Shown here one piece after another: positions 1 through 14,060 of a stretch of 64,000 nt of DNA. The notes beneath the pieces were generated by a model. That model saw only the letters and a list, made by a program, of their open reading frames with translations. It did not search any database and was not told where the DNA came from. The stretch's first letter is position 1; each line of letters starts with the position of its first letter. The stretch comes from Eledone cirrhosa (lineage: Eukaryota), in NCBI GenBank assembly GCA_964016885.1, contig OZ024761.1:19158001-19222000 (forward strand), written 5' to 3'. The translations under genes were made by a program, and so were the position numbers.

Positions 1-99
1 CGCCCTCCTCTACCCTTTCTCTCGTGTGCCGCTCATCATTATTAAAAGATGCACTAACAAACGCCGTTACCACGACAACGGCTCAGTGCTATTGTTGGT

Positions 100-1430
100 G
101 GAGCTGGTGGTTGTGGTAGTGGTGGTGGTAGTGATAATGTGGTGGTGGTGTTTGTGGTTGTGGTAGTGGTGGTAGTAGTGCTGGTGGTGGTGGTAGTGGT
201 GGTAGTGGTGGTAGTAGTGGTGGTAGTGGTGGTAGTAGTGCTGGTGGTGGTGGTGGTAGTGGTGGTGATAATGGTGGTGGTAATGGTAGTGGTAGTGGTA
301 GTGATAATGTGGTGGTGGTAGAGCTGGTGGTAATGGTGATAGTAATGTTAGTGGTATTGGTGATAGTAGTGGTAGTGGTAGTGCTGGTGGTAATAGAATT
401 GTGGTACTGGTAGTGGTGATGGTGGTAATGATTGTAGTGCTGATGGTAGTGGTAATGGTGATGGTAGTGGTGATACTGATGGTGGTGGTAGTGTTTGTAG
501 TGCTGGTGGTAATTGTAGTGATGATGGTAGTGGTAGTGATGATGGTAGTGGTAGTGATGGCAATGGTGGTAATGGTGATGGTAGTGGTGATAGTGGTAGT
601 GGGAGTGGTAGTGGTGATGGTAATGGTGGTGGTAATGGTGATGGTAGTGGTGATAGTGGTAGTGGTGATGGTAGTGATGATAGTGGTAGTGGTGATGGGA
701 GTGGTGATACTGATGGTGGTGGTAGTGTTTGTAGTGCTGGTGGTAATTGTAGTGATGATGGTAGTGGTAGTGATGATGGTAGTGGTAGTGATGGCAATGG
801 TGGTAGTGGTGATAGTGGTAGTGGTGATGGGAGTGGTAGTGATGGCAATGGTGGTGGTAATAGTGGTGATAGTGGTAGTGGTGATGGGAGTGGTAGTGAT
901 GGCAATGGTGGTGGTAATGGTGATGGTAGTGGTGATAGTGGTAGTGGTGATGGTAGTGGTAGTGATTGCAATGGTGATGGTAGTGGTGATAGTGGTAGTG
1001 GTGATGGGAGTGGTAGTGATTGCAATGGTGGTGGTAATGGTGATGGTAGTGGTGATAGTGGTAGTGGTGATGGGAGTGGTAGTGATTGCAATGGTGATGG
1101 TAGTGGTGATAGTGGTAGTGGTGATGGGAGTGGTAGTGATTGCAATGGTGGTGGTAATGGTGATGGTAGTGGTGATAGTGGTAGTGGTGATGGTAGTGGT
1201 AGTGATTGCAATGGTGATGGTAGTGGTGATAGTGGTAGTGGTGATGGGAGTGGTAGTGATTGCAATGGTGGTGGTAATGGTGATGGTAGTGGTGATAGTG
1301 GTAGTGGTGATGGGAGTGGTAGTGATTGCAATGGTGGTGGTAATGGTGATGGTAGTGGTGATAGTGGTAGTGGTGATGGGAGTGGTAGTGATTGCAATGG
1401 TGGTGGTAATGGTGATGGTAGTGGCAGTGG
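100..1430. repeat. GGT/AGT/GAT trinucleotide-derived minisatellite with higher-order units
   Basis: Continuous gtg/gta/gat triplets with a recurring unit (gtgattgcaatggtg...ggtagtggtgatgggagtggtagt); explains the Thr-, Val- and Pro-rich ORFs. Confidence 0.9.
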
Positions 1431-2115
1431 TATGCGAGAGAGGGGGGGGGAGGAGTTGCAGAAGTGAGCCAAGCTGCGGCACCTTACTTTTAGCTTAAGG
1501 GGCTTGAATTTGCATCTCGTGAAATTTTGTAATATGGAGAAACAACAACAAACAACAACAACAATAATAACAACAATAATAGCAAGCAAATAAATAAAGG
1601 GGGTAGGGGTGGGGAGGGAGTGTGAGTGTAGAGAGACGGGGGGGTGACAAGTTAGAGAGAAAAATATATAAGTCGACTGCAGGGGGGGGGGGGGTATGAA
1701 TGCTTATGATGACACTGTGAAGGACAATTTGTCAATCAGTGAGTGTGTGTGTATGTGTGTGTCTGAAAGTGTGTGTGTGTGTGGTGGTGGTGTGGGGTGA
1801 TGTTTCATGATGAATTCAAAAGATGCAGTCACCGTGATATATATATATATATATACACATATACATATACATACATATTCATACATATACATATATATAT
1901 ACATATATATACATATACATATACATACATATACATATATATATACATATATATAAAGATACATATACATACATATATATACAGATACATATACATACAT
2001 ATACATATATATACATGTACACATACATATATAGACATATATACATATACATATATATATAAGTACATATACATATATATATACATATATACACATATAC
2101 ATATATACATATATA

Positions 2116-2449
2116 TGGTGGCTGCCAACTCGTTTTCGAGTACAGCCACTACTTTATATCCATGTAGGAGAACCTCTACCGATGCACTGAACGAGTGTGA
2201 CTTTTTAGTCCAGCCAGCGACTTGAAACCTCTGGTACAAACACTACACCTGTGACAATTACTGAGACATAGTGCTGGGCCCATGGTACCATGTGACGACA
2301 AGTACAGAGAGATCTCCAGATATAAAGCAATGCCTGTGCCGTGATGCTTTTATAGTGAGCAAAGGCACTGCACAAAGCCAGTCCCACTCTCTTAACCAAG
2401 ATGATATTTACCAAAAAGAAGAACAATTCAACATCATTGGATACCATCA
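2116..2449 (-). mobile_element. Partial copy of ~610 bp RTE-like non-autonomous element
   Basis: Near-identical to 21521-21853 and 38630-38960; minus strand carries a degenerate C2H2 motif ([17 protein letters not shown]); flanked by TA repeats. Confidence 0.7.
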
Positions 2450-2545
2450 TATACATATATATATATATATACATATATATAATATACATATATATATATA
2501 TATATATACATATATACATACATATATATATACATATATATATAC

Positions 2546-2578
<33 letters not shown>

Positions 2579-2801
2579 CATACATATATACATATATATA
2601 CATACATATATACATATATATACATACATATATACATATATATATATATACATATATACATACATATATATATACATATATATATACATATATATATACA
2701 TATATATATACATATATATATACATATATATATACATATATATATACATATATATATACATATATATATACATATATATATATATATACATACATATATA
2801 C

Positions 2802-2858
<57 letters not shown>

Positions 2859-2915
2859 CATATACATACATATATACATATATATATATACATATATACA
2901 TACATATATATATAC

Positions 2916-2978
<63 letters not shown>

Positions 2979-3027
2979 CACATATATATATATACACATA
3001 TATATATATACACATATATATATATAC

Positions 3028-3074
<47 letters not shown>

Positions 3075-3241
3075 CATATACATATATGTATACACATATA
3101 TATACACACATATATACACACATATATATACACATATATATATACATATATATATACATATATATATACATATATATATACATATATATATACATATATA
3201 TATACATATATATATACATATATATATACATATATATATAC

Positions 3242-3272
<31 letters not shown>

Positions 3273-3274
3273 CT

Positions 3275-3324
<50 letters not shown>

Positions 3325-3625
3325 CATATATATATACATATATATATACATATATATATACATATATATATACATATATATATACATATACATATACATA
3401 TATATATACATATACATATATATACATATATATATATATATACACATATATATATATACATATAAACATATATATACATACATATAAACACACATACATA
3501 CATACATATAAACACACATACATATATATATATACATATATACACATACATATATATATATAGATATATACATACACACATACATATATATATATATATA
3601 CATATATACACACATATATATATAT
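2450..3625. repeat. Long (TA)n/(TATATATACA)n microsatellite array
   Basis: Directly visible. Confidence 0.95.
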
Positions 3626-3892
3626 CCAGATTTACAGGGGGACAAAGAGATAGATGAATATAGACAGCGAATGAGTTAGAGAGGGGGGAGTGAGTCCCCC
3701 TTTCCTACTCATCCTTCCCCACCTCCTCCCCCTGGTGGTGACTTCCAGAAATTAAACTCCATTTACAGACTCAACTGACGGCAGAGAAATTCTTCACCTT
3801 CTTTGTTACCTGGTCGATTGACACCGCTAGAAATAGCAACCACCAACATTAATATCTATTTGACTATCTATCTATCTATCTATCTACCTACC

Positions 3893-4478
3893 TGTGGGGC
3901 TATGTAGAACGACTATTGTCGCGTGTGGGACCAATCCGGTTGACCACCGAGTCCATTGTCATGATCAAACCGCCACCCTCCTTCAAAAACGAAGGAGAGG
4001 CGGTTTTCCTTTGTGTGATAGCTATGGCGAAAGAGGCTGTATGGTGGACGAGGTTAAAAGGGCTGAGGTCAGACACCCTTCTCTCCGGCCAACAACTGAT
4101 TCTTTTTTTTCAAATACCACTTTGGAAGAAGAATCAGGATGGAGAGAGAGGTGCTGTACCCCAGCAAGTTTTATGAAAGGTGGGTGAAAGTGGCGAGAAT
4201 GGCCCGAGTGAATGGGCCTTCTCTCTATATCAGCCTGTAGGTTGAGGAAGAAGAGAAAGAGATGAAAGGGTTACTCACTCTTCGTACTCCTGGAGATGAT
4301 GGTTGCACATTTTTTCAGGGGTATGTGTTACCCATATGTAATGTCTCCCCCTATTGGGGAAAATCGACTAATTTTTAAATTGCATTTGTGATAGTATTTT
4401 ACACGTTTTTATTGTATGTAAACTTCCCCCTTTGTATTTGTCCCCTTCTTTTGTGCCCCTGTGGCTAATAAAGAAACA
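3893..4478 (+). mobile_element. Tx1/L1-clade LINE 3' fragment (degenerate)
   Basis: Translation AKEAVWWTRLKGL...GQQLILFF resembles a Tx1-type ORF2 C-terminus; the 3' end (gcccctgtggctaataaagaaa) recurs at about 24250, 34640 and 43000. Confidence 0.55.
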
Positions 4479-4712
4479 TATCTATCTATCCGTTTGTCTG
4501 ATTGCCTGTCCGTCTGTCTGTCTACCTGTCTATTTCTAGATATACTACCATAGATACAGTGTGTCTTAAATATACTATGTCATATATATATATATTTCAT
4601 TTCATATATATACAGTACGTCTTAACTACATTGTCATATGTCCTTTCTGTCCGTTAAATATGATATATCCATATGTCCTAGATATACTATTCCCATGGAT
4701 ATATTATGTCCT

Positions 4713-4764
<52 letters not shown>

Positions 4765-4768
<4 letters not shown>

Positions 4769-5014
4769 TAGGTAGTAGGGTGAAATACTGGTGTTGATAC
4801 CAAATCAAGCACTCTATGCACAGGCAGAGTGTATATAGTAGAAAATACGAGGAAGTTTCGTTTACATATAAAACATAGTTATTGCGTTTTGAACGTTTCG
4901 CAGAAGATTGGCTCACCTATGGGTCACCTTGAGCCAATCCTCTGCGAAACACGCGTAGCAAGTCGATACGCAATAAATATTTGTTTATATGTAAACGAAA
5001 CTTCCTTGTTTTAC

Positions 5015-5017
<3 letters not shown>
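4765..5017 (-). mobile_element. Penelope-like pLTR fold-back fragment (asymmetric inverted repeat) in (TA)n
   Basis: Imperfect arms ~4840-4915 and 4930-5016; extra tail 4765-4835 on the left arm only; same family at 48365-48500. Confidence 0.6.
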
Positions 5018-5076
<59 letters not shown>

Positions 5077-5086
<10 letters not shown>

Positions 5087-5480
5087 AAACGAAAAATCAG
5101 TGATGCATCTGGATTCAGTTTATTGTGTGTTACAATTGTTTCGCCGGCAGATAGCTCGAGACAGGATCATTGTATGGATCTGTCTGATTCTAGATCTGCA
5201 GGTTCTTCGGACACATGCAATACTTTCGGAACAAATTTTCTCACTCCGAAAGTATTGCATCTGTCCGAAGAACCTGCAGATCTAGAATCAGACAGACCCA
5301 TACAATGATCGCGTCCCGAGCTATCTGCCGGCGAAACAATTGTAACACGCAATAAACTGAATCCAGATGCATCACTGATTTTTCGTTTTATATTATATCA
5401 CACTCTGCTCTGTAAGAACATAGAGTGCTCAACTGGCATACCGCCTATGGAAGCAGCATAGCTACCATTAAACACACATA
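5077..5480 (+). mobile_element. Penelope-like pLTR fold-back element with hammerhead and tail
   Basis: ~150 bp arms 5077-5230 and 5245-5398 with a 14 bp spacer; the right arm continues as an ~80 bp tail; TA repeats on both sides. Confidence 0.7.
5262..5347 (+). ncRNA. Variant type I hammerhead ribozyme (CCGAAGA core, long stem II)
   Basis: tgt-CCGAAGA-[cctgcagat...atctgccgg]-GAAA-caattg-TA-aca then aataaa; mirror copy on the left arm. Confidence 0.6.
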
Positions 5481-5524
5481 TATATACATATATATATTTT
5501 GATATATCTCATATGAAATGATAC

Positions 5525-5658
5525 AGCCAATTTTCCACACAATACAATTAGTTAGCACCCCGAACGTTTAATTAGGAATATACTCAGGTATTTCCTAATG
5601 TTTGTTGAGTGAGCTGGAATTTGGTCGGAGTATCGCTTTTAGCTTTCTCCGATTATGC

Positions 5659-5662
<4 letters not shown>
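5525..5662 (+). repeat. Dispersed repeat (putative Penelope-like 3' end); second copy at 11605-11745
   Basis: Two diverged copies, each ending in (TA)n; contains a tactc...gagtg hairpin. Confidence 0.5.
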
Positions 5663-5718
<56 letters not shown>

Positions 5719-6340
5719 CCTCAATGACGTAGAATATTCTAAATACATTATATTATGTCAGATATCTTATATCCTAGATATGCTATGTCATAAATATATT
5801 ATGTCATAGATATCTTTCCCTATATACACCATGTCCTGAATATATGACTCCCTTAAACATAATATGCCCTAGATACACCAAAAAAGCTAATAGGCCTATC
5901 TCAACCACCACCACAACCACTACCAGCACCACTACACCCACCACTACCTCCACCACTCACCCACCACTACCTCCACCACTGTATATTTGTCTATCTTCTA
6001 TAACAACTCTACACTATCCAAACCATTGTGTAACAGATAACTTTACCAAACACCACGTGACATCTCATGGTTTCTTATCTCTTGCTGTTGTTGATGTTGG
6101 TGTTGTTGCTGTTGTTGTTTTTCGTTTCCCTTTGGCTTTTTACTATTTCTGTGACTTGGGGAGTCAAATTAAACGACAACTGGAAAATATATACTTGCAA
6201 ATACACAAACAGACACACATATATGTATGTATATATAAGTTTATATATGTATGCATGTATGTGTGTATATATATATATATGTATGCATGTGTGTGTGTAT
6301 ATATATATATGTATGCATGTATATATATATGTATGTATGC

Positions 6341-6381
<41 letters not shown>

Positions 6382-6516
6382 TGTATATATATATATATGC
6401 ATGTATATATATATATGCATGTATATATATATATGTATGTATATATATATATGTATGTATATATATATATGCATATATGTATATATATATATGCATATAT
6501 ATATATATATATATGC

Positions 6517-6547
<31 letters not shown>

Positions 6548-7101
6548 ATATGCATGTATATATATATATATACACATATATATAAAATACATACATACAT
6601 ACATATATACATACATACATACATTACATACACATTATCTTGCCTTTTATTTTAAGAAAATCTAAAATTACCCAATAATAATAATAATAATAGCAACAAA
6701 TGAAAAGAAATCTTTTGTGAAAACAAATTTCCAGCTTAAACCAACTTTCTAATATCGATGGTGTTTTTTACACAAACAAACCCTCATGGAGGGTGGGATT
6801 TAGTTCAACACTTCCGCCCCATTGCCATCTTGTCTTGTTTTATCTTGGAGAAACAAGCATTAGATCTGCTGCTGTTGGGGTGATGATGGTGGTGTGCTGT
6901 AGTTTTAAAACATAGGGTGGGTTGTTTTAAAGGGGTAGGTTGTTTTAAAGGGGTGGGTTGTTTTGTTGTTTGTTGTTTTTTTTTTTTTTTACTTACGGGT
7001 GGGCAAGTGGGTTAACAGAAACACTTACCACCTGAAACAATACTTTAGGAGTTCAAATAGGAGAGAAAGATAATAATTTATATGTGTGTACGTGTATGTG
7101 T

Positions 7102-7135
<34 letters not shown>

Positions 7136-7592
7136 ATGTAGAAAAGGTTGAGTCCCTGTTTGGTGGGAAAATGACGGGAGGTGGGGGGGGGGGGGGGGAG
7201 AAAACTTTAGTCTCGTGTCAGCCGACCCTCGTTGAATCTCATTTTGAAGAGATATTTGATCCGGTTATCTGAGTTCAAATCCTGCTGAGCTCAATTTCGC
7301 TTTTCTCTTTTTTAGGGGTCGATAAAACATAATACAAGTCCAGGCAAGAGCCTTGTTTCAAAGGCACCATAAGCAATTTATGCTCCTTTCAGAATCAACA
7401 AATGTTGGTTTGTCCCCCTCACATTTTTAAGGCAAACGAGGCCCCCTGAGTCCAGGGCAGGATTTGCACTGGGAGATTATATTCGATAAAATAGAGTACC
7501 AGTAATGCACTGGAGTTAATTTAATCGACTTTCCCCTCCCCCAAAATTGTTGGCCTTGTGCCTAAATCAGCAACCATTATTACATGCGTATT

Positions 7593-7813
7593 ATGGCAAT
7601 GGATTGGCAGTATCGGTAGAGCGTCAGACACCATGCTTTGCAGCATTGAGTTATCGCCCTTTACGTTCTGAGTTCAAATCCGCCGAGGTTAACTTCCCCT
7701 TTTATCCTTACGGAGTCGATAAAATAAAGTACCAGTGACATATTAGGTTGATTTAATCGATTTTCCCCTTCTCCCAAATTGCTGGCCTTGTGCCAAAAGT
7801 AGAGACAATTATT
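7593..7813 (+). mobile_element. tRNA-derived SINE (octopus-type family)
   Basis: A-box-like tggcagtatcggtaga, B-box-like gagttcaaatcc, shared body gtcgataaaataaagtaccagt...ggccttgtgccaaaa; more than 10 copies in window. Confidence 0.8.
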
Positions 7814-8043
7814 ACACTTGCCTCGATTTTTTTTTTTTTTTTTTTAAGAGAAGTTAGTTGATAGGTTTCGTTAGAATTTTGAAGGTAAAATTTGTTTTTA
7901 CTCTGAGGTCTTTTTTTTATGATTTGAACAAATATGGCTTCCAAAACCGTCGTAAATTACTCGTTTTCTGTTATTCCTTCACCCGAGAACTCCCTAAACT
8001 CGTCTCGGGGACGGATGCAATATTATATCATATTATATTATAT

Positions 8044-8235
8044 TGGTGGATTGGCAGTATCGGTAGAGGGTCGGACGCCATGCTTTGACGCATAGAGTTA
8101 CGGCCCTTGCCATTCTGAGTTCAAATCCCGCCGAGGTTAACTTTGCCTTTCATCCTTACGGGGGTCGATAAAATAAAGTACTAGTAATGCACTGGGTAAT
8201 TGCTGGCCTTGTGCCAAAAAGTAGAAACAATTATA
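8044..8235 (+). mobile_element. tRNA-derived SINE copy
   Basis: Same family as 7593-7813. Confidence 0.8.
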
Positions 8236-8657
8236 TTATATTATATTATATTAGAGATATTAAACATGTTCCAGCCGACAGGCTGAGGCCATGCTGAGGC
8301 ACCGCCATTATATAAAAAAAAATAATAATTTCTGAAACCTGGCCTGGCATTTCAAGTATCGAACATTGCAAGCATGCCTTGAGGTTTTGGTTCCGTTTCT
8401 CTTTACTCAAGTAATGAATTCAAAGTATTAATCAGGAAACAACACTGTGTCGGGAGAAGAAGGGATGTGGCAGTATCATGGCTTCAAACACATTTGATCA
8501 CAGGATCAGGTCGTCTGCTCGGTCATAGTGACCTCTTTATGTTCTAAGTTCAAATCCCACCGAGGTTTAACGTTGGCTTTTATCCTTCCGGGATCGATAA
8601 ACACTAATCCATGGAAGCTGTCCTTGGTTGCTTGAATATTTACGTTTTTACATATAT

Positions 8658-8690
<33 letters not shown>

Positions 8691-8749
8691 TATTATACTT
8701 GGGGAGGGTCATATTGTTGTAATAATATTGCCAGAATAATAAATTATAT

Positions 8750-8752
<3 letters not shown>
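8691..8752 (-). mobile_element. Short 3' terminal fragment related to the large Penelope-like element
   Basis: tacttggggagggtcatattg...aatattgccagaataataa matches 54001-54050; embedded in (TA)n. Confidence 0.6.
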
Positions 8753-8794
<42 letters not shown>

Positions 8795-8862
8795 CGTGTC
8801 CCCAAAAAATGTATAAACACTTTGATTACCTGTACAGACATTATTTATTAGAATGCACAGCC

Positions 8863-8901
<39 letters not shown>

Positions 8902-10384
8902 AATTAGCTGTCGAAATGGCAAGAGCTCAGCCGTCGAGCCCCGACTCTCATATATATGTGTGTGTGTGTGTGTGTGTGAAAGGTAAATAGAAATAGCTAG
9001 TAAATGATGGTGGTGGTAGTGGTGGTGGTTATGATGGTGGTGGTGGTATGATGATGATGATGATGATGATGATGACTGTGATGACAAGGATGATGGTGAT
9101 GCAGGTGGTGGTAGTGGTGACGACGACCACGGCCACCACCACCACCACCATCATCACCACCACCATCACCACCACCATCACCACCACCACCATCATCACC
9201 ACCACCACCACCATCACCACCACCACCATCACCACCACCACCATCACCACCACCGCCGGAGTAGACAACAGAAAAACAACGATGTCGGAAGAAGAATAAC
9301 TACGGAAGAAGCCGACAGATGAAGAAAAAAAACGACGGATATAGGAGATGACGGAAGAGTGGGAGGGGGCAGAAGAGAGGGGGTGGAGGTGGGATATGGG
9401 GTAGAAAGAAGAGTAGGAGGGGTAGAAGAGAGTGGTAGGAGTAGGAGAGAAAGAGAGAGTGAAGATGAGAATAGATGACGGAATAGTGAGAGAGAGAAAG
9501 AAGCGGACTAAGAGAGAGAGAGAGAGAGAAGAGGGAAAGGGTAGAAGAGGATGATGTAAGCAAGTCTCGCGGGTGGGGGGGGGGAATAAAACACTAATCA
9601 ACTGAAACTATCCTCGCAATTATAAGACCGAAACTCCCTTTAGGGGGTTGATAAGAAGCAAGAGAAAGAACTCCTCTATAACCTCGATGTATATATGCGA
9701 GTATGTGTGTGTATGTGTATGTATGTGTAAATGTTTGTATGTGTATGTATGTGTAAAAGTGTGTGTGTTTAATAATGTTTCACTTCGTGACACATTGAAG
9801 ACCAAATAAATAAATAGATAAATAAATAAAATTACTGACATGTTTCGTACTAAAACCAGTGATTATTTTAACGCGCAGATGTTCGAGACTTGCTTGTGCA
9901 GCACTATATCTAATTTAGTGCAGTAAGATGGCATTTTAGCGTCAAATATCGCATGCAGAGCTTACATGGTTAAAATGTTTTTTAAAATATCCATTACAAA
10001 TGCTTCTTAGACTCAGAGAATATTAAAAACCCGGTTGGTCAGGGTGTCTGGCACAAAGATTTCTGGAATAATAGGTTTACATTTTGTGTCAAGTTCTACA
10101 ACTGTTTACATGGTAAATGATGGTTAAATTTATTTTTTTTAAAACCCTAAAATTCTCACATTTCTTCTTCTTTTTCTCGTACCTCTTGAGGGAACCGTAG
10201 GGGGCCGTATTGACATACGGCATTTCTAGGGCATTTTAAAAAACCTGGTGGAGCCCATCTCCTCTCCAGTTCTGAATACAGCAAATTCCTTCCAAAGAAG
10301 GATAGAGAAAGTGAAAGAAGGGGAATGAGAAAAAGACATAGAGGAAGAATCGATCCCAGTATTAGACTAGTATTATTATATTTA

Positions 10385-10578
10385 GGGTGGCGGATTGGCA
10401 GTATCGGTAGAGTGTCGGACACCATGCTTTGACGCATAGAGTTACGGCCCTTTTACGATCTGAGTTCGAATCCCGCCGAGGTTAACTTTGCCTTTCATCC
10501 TTACGGGGTCGATAAAATAAAGTACCAGTAATACACTGGGGTAATTGCTGGCCTTGTGCCAAAATTAGAAACAATTAT
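10385..10578 (+). mobile_element. tRNA-derived SINE copy
   Basis: Same family, with gagttcgaatcc B-box. Confidence 0.8.
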
Positions 10579-10760
10579 ATTTGTGTGTGTGTATGCATGG
10601 TCTCGTAACTCCTGAAAGAGCTGTAGGGTCACCTTATTGACATACGGCGATTCTACGGCATGTTTTTAAACCTGGCAGAACCCATCTCTTCTCCAGGTCT
10701 GAATATAGCAGATTTCTTCCGGGGAAGGATATAGAGAGTGAGAGAGAGATATAGAGGAAG

Positions 10761-10920
10761 AATCGACCCAGTACTAGACTGGTAGTTTTTTATCGACCTC
10801 GAAAGGATGAAAGGCAAAGTTGACCTCGACGGGATTTGAACTCACAGAGCAAAAAGAGCCGGAACAAATGCTGCAAAGCATTCTATCCGAAGTTCTAACA
10901 ACTCTGGCAATTCACCGCCT
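10761..10920 (-). mobile_element. tRNA-derived SINE copy (diverged)
   Basis: Reverse-complement body gaaaggatgaaaggcaaagttgacctcgacgggatttgaactc. Confidence 0.7.
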
Positions 10921-11541
10921 ATAAAAGCACCCATCAAATGTTTAAAAGTCATTACAAATATTTCTCAGACTCAAAAATTTGTGGAATAATTTTAGATTTT
11001 GTGTCAAACGCTGCAAGTGTTTACATAGTAAATGATGACAAAAAAAAAATCTAAAACGGCCATAAAATGTTTAAAATACCCATAACAAATGATTCTCAGA
11101 CTAAAAATTCTGTCGAATAATTTTAGATTTTGTGTCAAACGCTACAAGTGTTTAAATGGTAAATGATGACAAAATACTACACGCAAAAGATCCCTCCTTT
11201 ACAATAGCCATTACAAATACACCCCAGTCTCAGAAAATATTAAACATTTGGACATGGTACCTGGCAACAAAGATTTATAGTTTTAAAATAATTTCCTCGC
11301 AGGGAATTTTCTTCTTTTTTTTTTTAACTATTTCAAATTTTACAATCTGGAAGGAAAGATATTCAATTTTTTTTTTTAAAAAAAACAAACAATAGATTTC
11401 TTACCTTGTTCTTTTCTTGGGGTGCGTCGAACAAAATTAGGAATAACAACATTGTTCACAAGACGTTACTGTAGATCTTTCGCACCGCACGTACGTAGGT
11501 AGATAATCCTTGTAATGTACAACGTTTGTTAAACCATTAGC

Positions 11542-11572
<31 letters not shown>

Positions 11573-11809
11573 GATGTATTTTAATTTTGTCTCATAAAAT
11601 AATACAACTGGCTATCCGCAAAATACGTATAGTTAACACCCCAAACGTATAATTGGGATTATACTAAGGTATATCCTAATGTTTGTTGAGTGAGACGGAA
11701 GCCGGTCGGAGTATTGCTTAAAGCTTTCTCTGTTAATGTATTAAATTATATATATATATATATCTAGAGTATGTTCATGTATATATATTGTTTATATAGA
11801 ACGTATGTC

Positions 11810-11841
<32 letters not shown>

Positions 11842-12579
11842 TGTTCAAGAGCGAGTGTATATTGTGAGACAAAGTTTTTGCTGTTATTGTTGTTGTTTTA
11901 GTTAGTTTATTTCGGAAGACTTTTGTTAACCTTCACACACTAGAGAGGTTGATGTCATTTACATCTCACTTTAATATCTCTTGATTATTGTCTGTGGGGA
12001 CAATGTTGTTGTTTAACCTCAGAATCTGGCCATCATTGAAGTGACCAATAATTAAAGACGTTCTGGGCGTGACCACTTCGTCGTTGCTTTCTAGGCGTTG
12101 CTACATTATTTAATTTGACCCTTCCATCATTAACATCATTATCATCATCATCCTCTGTTAACGTCCATTTTCCCTGATAGCATGGGTTTGATGGGTCATC
12201 ATAGGCCAAGTCATTGCTCAGGCGAGGATGGCCTACATTTAGCTGACATACGTTCCCGTACAGGGTCCATTTTATTGTGGCTTAAGGAAGTTGTTATGTC
12301 TTTGACACAAGAGTCCTCACGACTGTTTTGTTTTCCCCTCTAAAATGGTTGGGTATGATATGGGGAAGATTTAGCTGCTGTTTTGGTGGGGGGAGGAGAG
12401 GGGGAGGAAAGGGTAGTACCCATGACCGTTTTCATAGCCTCCAAGACTAGTGAAAGAAAGGAAAAGGGTATTCTCCAACCGAAGACCTGGTCCGAATACT
12501 TGGCAACAATGTGGCCTCTGCTAAAGGCGACAGACATGCGTTGTCAGCTCCTTGCTTTCGTTCCGAGTTCACATTCCGC

Positions 12580-13225
12580 TTCCTGTCACCAGGGAAACGA
12601 TGACACCTTTTCTGCCAGGAGCTGTGACCAACAGAGAGTGTCAGCAATGGAAAGACCAATGGAAGCAAGTTTCCTTGGTCCGATATGACGGTCGGTTTCT
12701 TTCTTCTGCCAGGAGTTGTATCCAAGAGATAATATCAGCAATGGAAAGACCAATGGAAACATAGTTTCCTTAGACCGATATGATGATGTGCTCTTTCGTC
12801 TGCCAGGTATTGCAATTGGCAGATGATATCAGTAATGGAATAACCAAAGGAAACATTATTTCATCGGTGTAATCTGACGATCGGTTCCTTTCTTCTGCCA
12901 GGAGGTTCATAGTGACAGATAGTGTCAGCAATGGAAAGCTCAATGGAAATATGGTGTCCTTAGTCCAATCTGGAAAATCCGCTCCTTTTCTTTTTGATGA
13001 ATGACAGCCTCACTGGTTACAGATTTCGATTGGGGATGTAGTGACCCTTTCAATCTGAAGCTCCCTTTTCTTTTTGGTGAATGACAGTCTCGCTGGTTGC
13101 AGGTTCCCATTAGGGGTTGAGTGACCCTTTCAATGTGAAGACCCCTTTTCTTTTTTGGTCAATGATAGCCTCGTTGGTTACAGGTTTCCATTAGGGATGG
13201 GGTGACCCTTTCAATCTCAACACCT
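12580..13225. repeat. Two adjacent degenerate tandem arrays (roughly 90-100 bp and ~60 bp units)
   Basis: Recurring cagcaatggaaagaccaatggaa and gtgacccttt caat; related single units near 46150-46230 and 62790-62860. Confidence 0.7.
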
Positions 13226-13447
13226 CTTTTTAGCTAAAAATGAAAAAGAAATAAATATAAATAACTGAAACAACCGGAGCTGTGTAATATATTGTAAACA
13301 GAAATCCATACAAGAAAACATGAATTCAGCAAACGTTTCTCTTACAAATGATCAAAGGCATTCCACCCGTGACCATCTTATCTTTGTCCTTTATGCAGGG
13401 AAACCCCCAAACCACTTTATCCAGAATTTCTTTTCGATTATGCAGAT

Positions 13448-14060
13448 ATGTGTGTATGTGTCTATGTGTGTGTGTGTATGTGTCTATGTGTGTGTGTGTA
13501 TGTGTCTATGTGTGTGTGTATGTGCCTATGTGTGTGCGTATGTGTCTATGTGTGTGAATGTGTCTATGTGTGTGTGTCTGTGTCTATGTGTGTGTGTCTG
13601 TGTCTATGTGTGTGTGTATGTGCCTATGTGTGTGTGTCTGTGTCTATGTGTGTGTGTATGTGTCTATGTGTGTGTATGTGCCTATGTGTGTGCGTATGTG
13701 TCTATGTGTGTGCGTATGTGTCTATGTAGATGTGTGTGTATGTGTCTATGTGTGTGTTTATGTGTCTATGTGTGTGTGTATGTGCCTATGTGTGTGCGTA
13801 TGTGTCTATGTAGGTGTGTGTGTATGTGTCTATGTGTGTGCGTATGTGTCTATGTGTGTGCGTATGTGTCTATGTAGATGTGTGTGTATGTGTCTATGTG
13901 TGTGTTTATGTGTCTATGTGTGTGTGTATGTGCCTATGTGTGTGCGTATGTGTCTATGTAGGTGTGTGTGTATGTGTCTATGTAGGTGTGTGTGTATGTG
14001 TCTATGTGTCTATGTAGGTGTGTATGTGTCTATGTGTGTATGTGTGTGTGTATGTGTCTA
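13448..14060. repeat. (TGTGTCTATGTG)-type compound microsatellite
   Basis: Directly visible. Confidence 0.9.

Noticed and set aside
67-1589. Long Thr-, Val- and Pro/Leu-rich ORFs (mucin-like)
   Set aside because: Open in several frames on both strands because of trinucleotide repeats; no non-repetitive domain or splice evidence
2205-3645. YI/CV/HT-repeat ORFs here and throughout the window
   Set aside because: Translations of (TA)n/(CA)n microsatellites
7600-7690. tRNA gene
   Set aside because: A/B boxes belong to a multicopy SINE head; no cloverleaf
8790-8825. Isolated DNA-transposon-like ends (mariner-like at 8791, Tigger-like ~60828, hAT-like ~62610 and ~63840)
   Set aside because: Only single termini recognised from memory; no partner TIR or TSD could be confirmed
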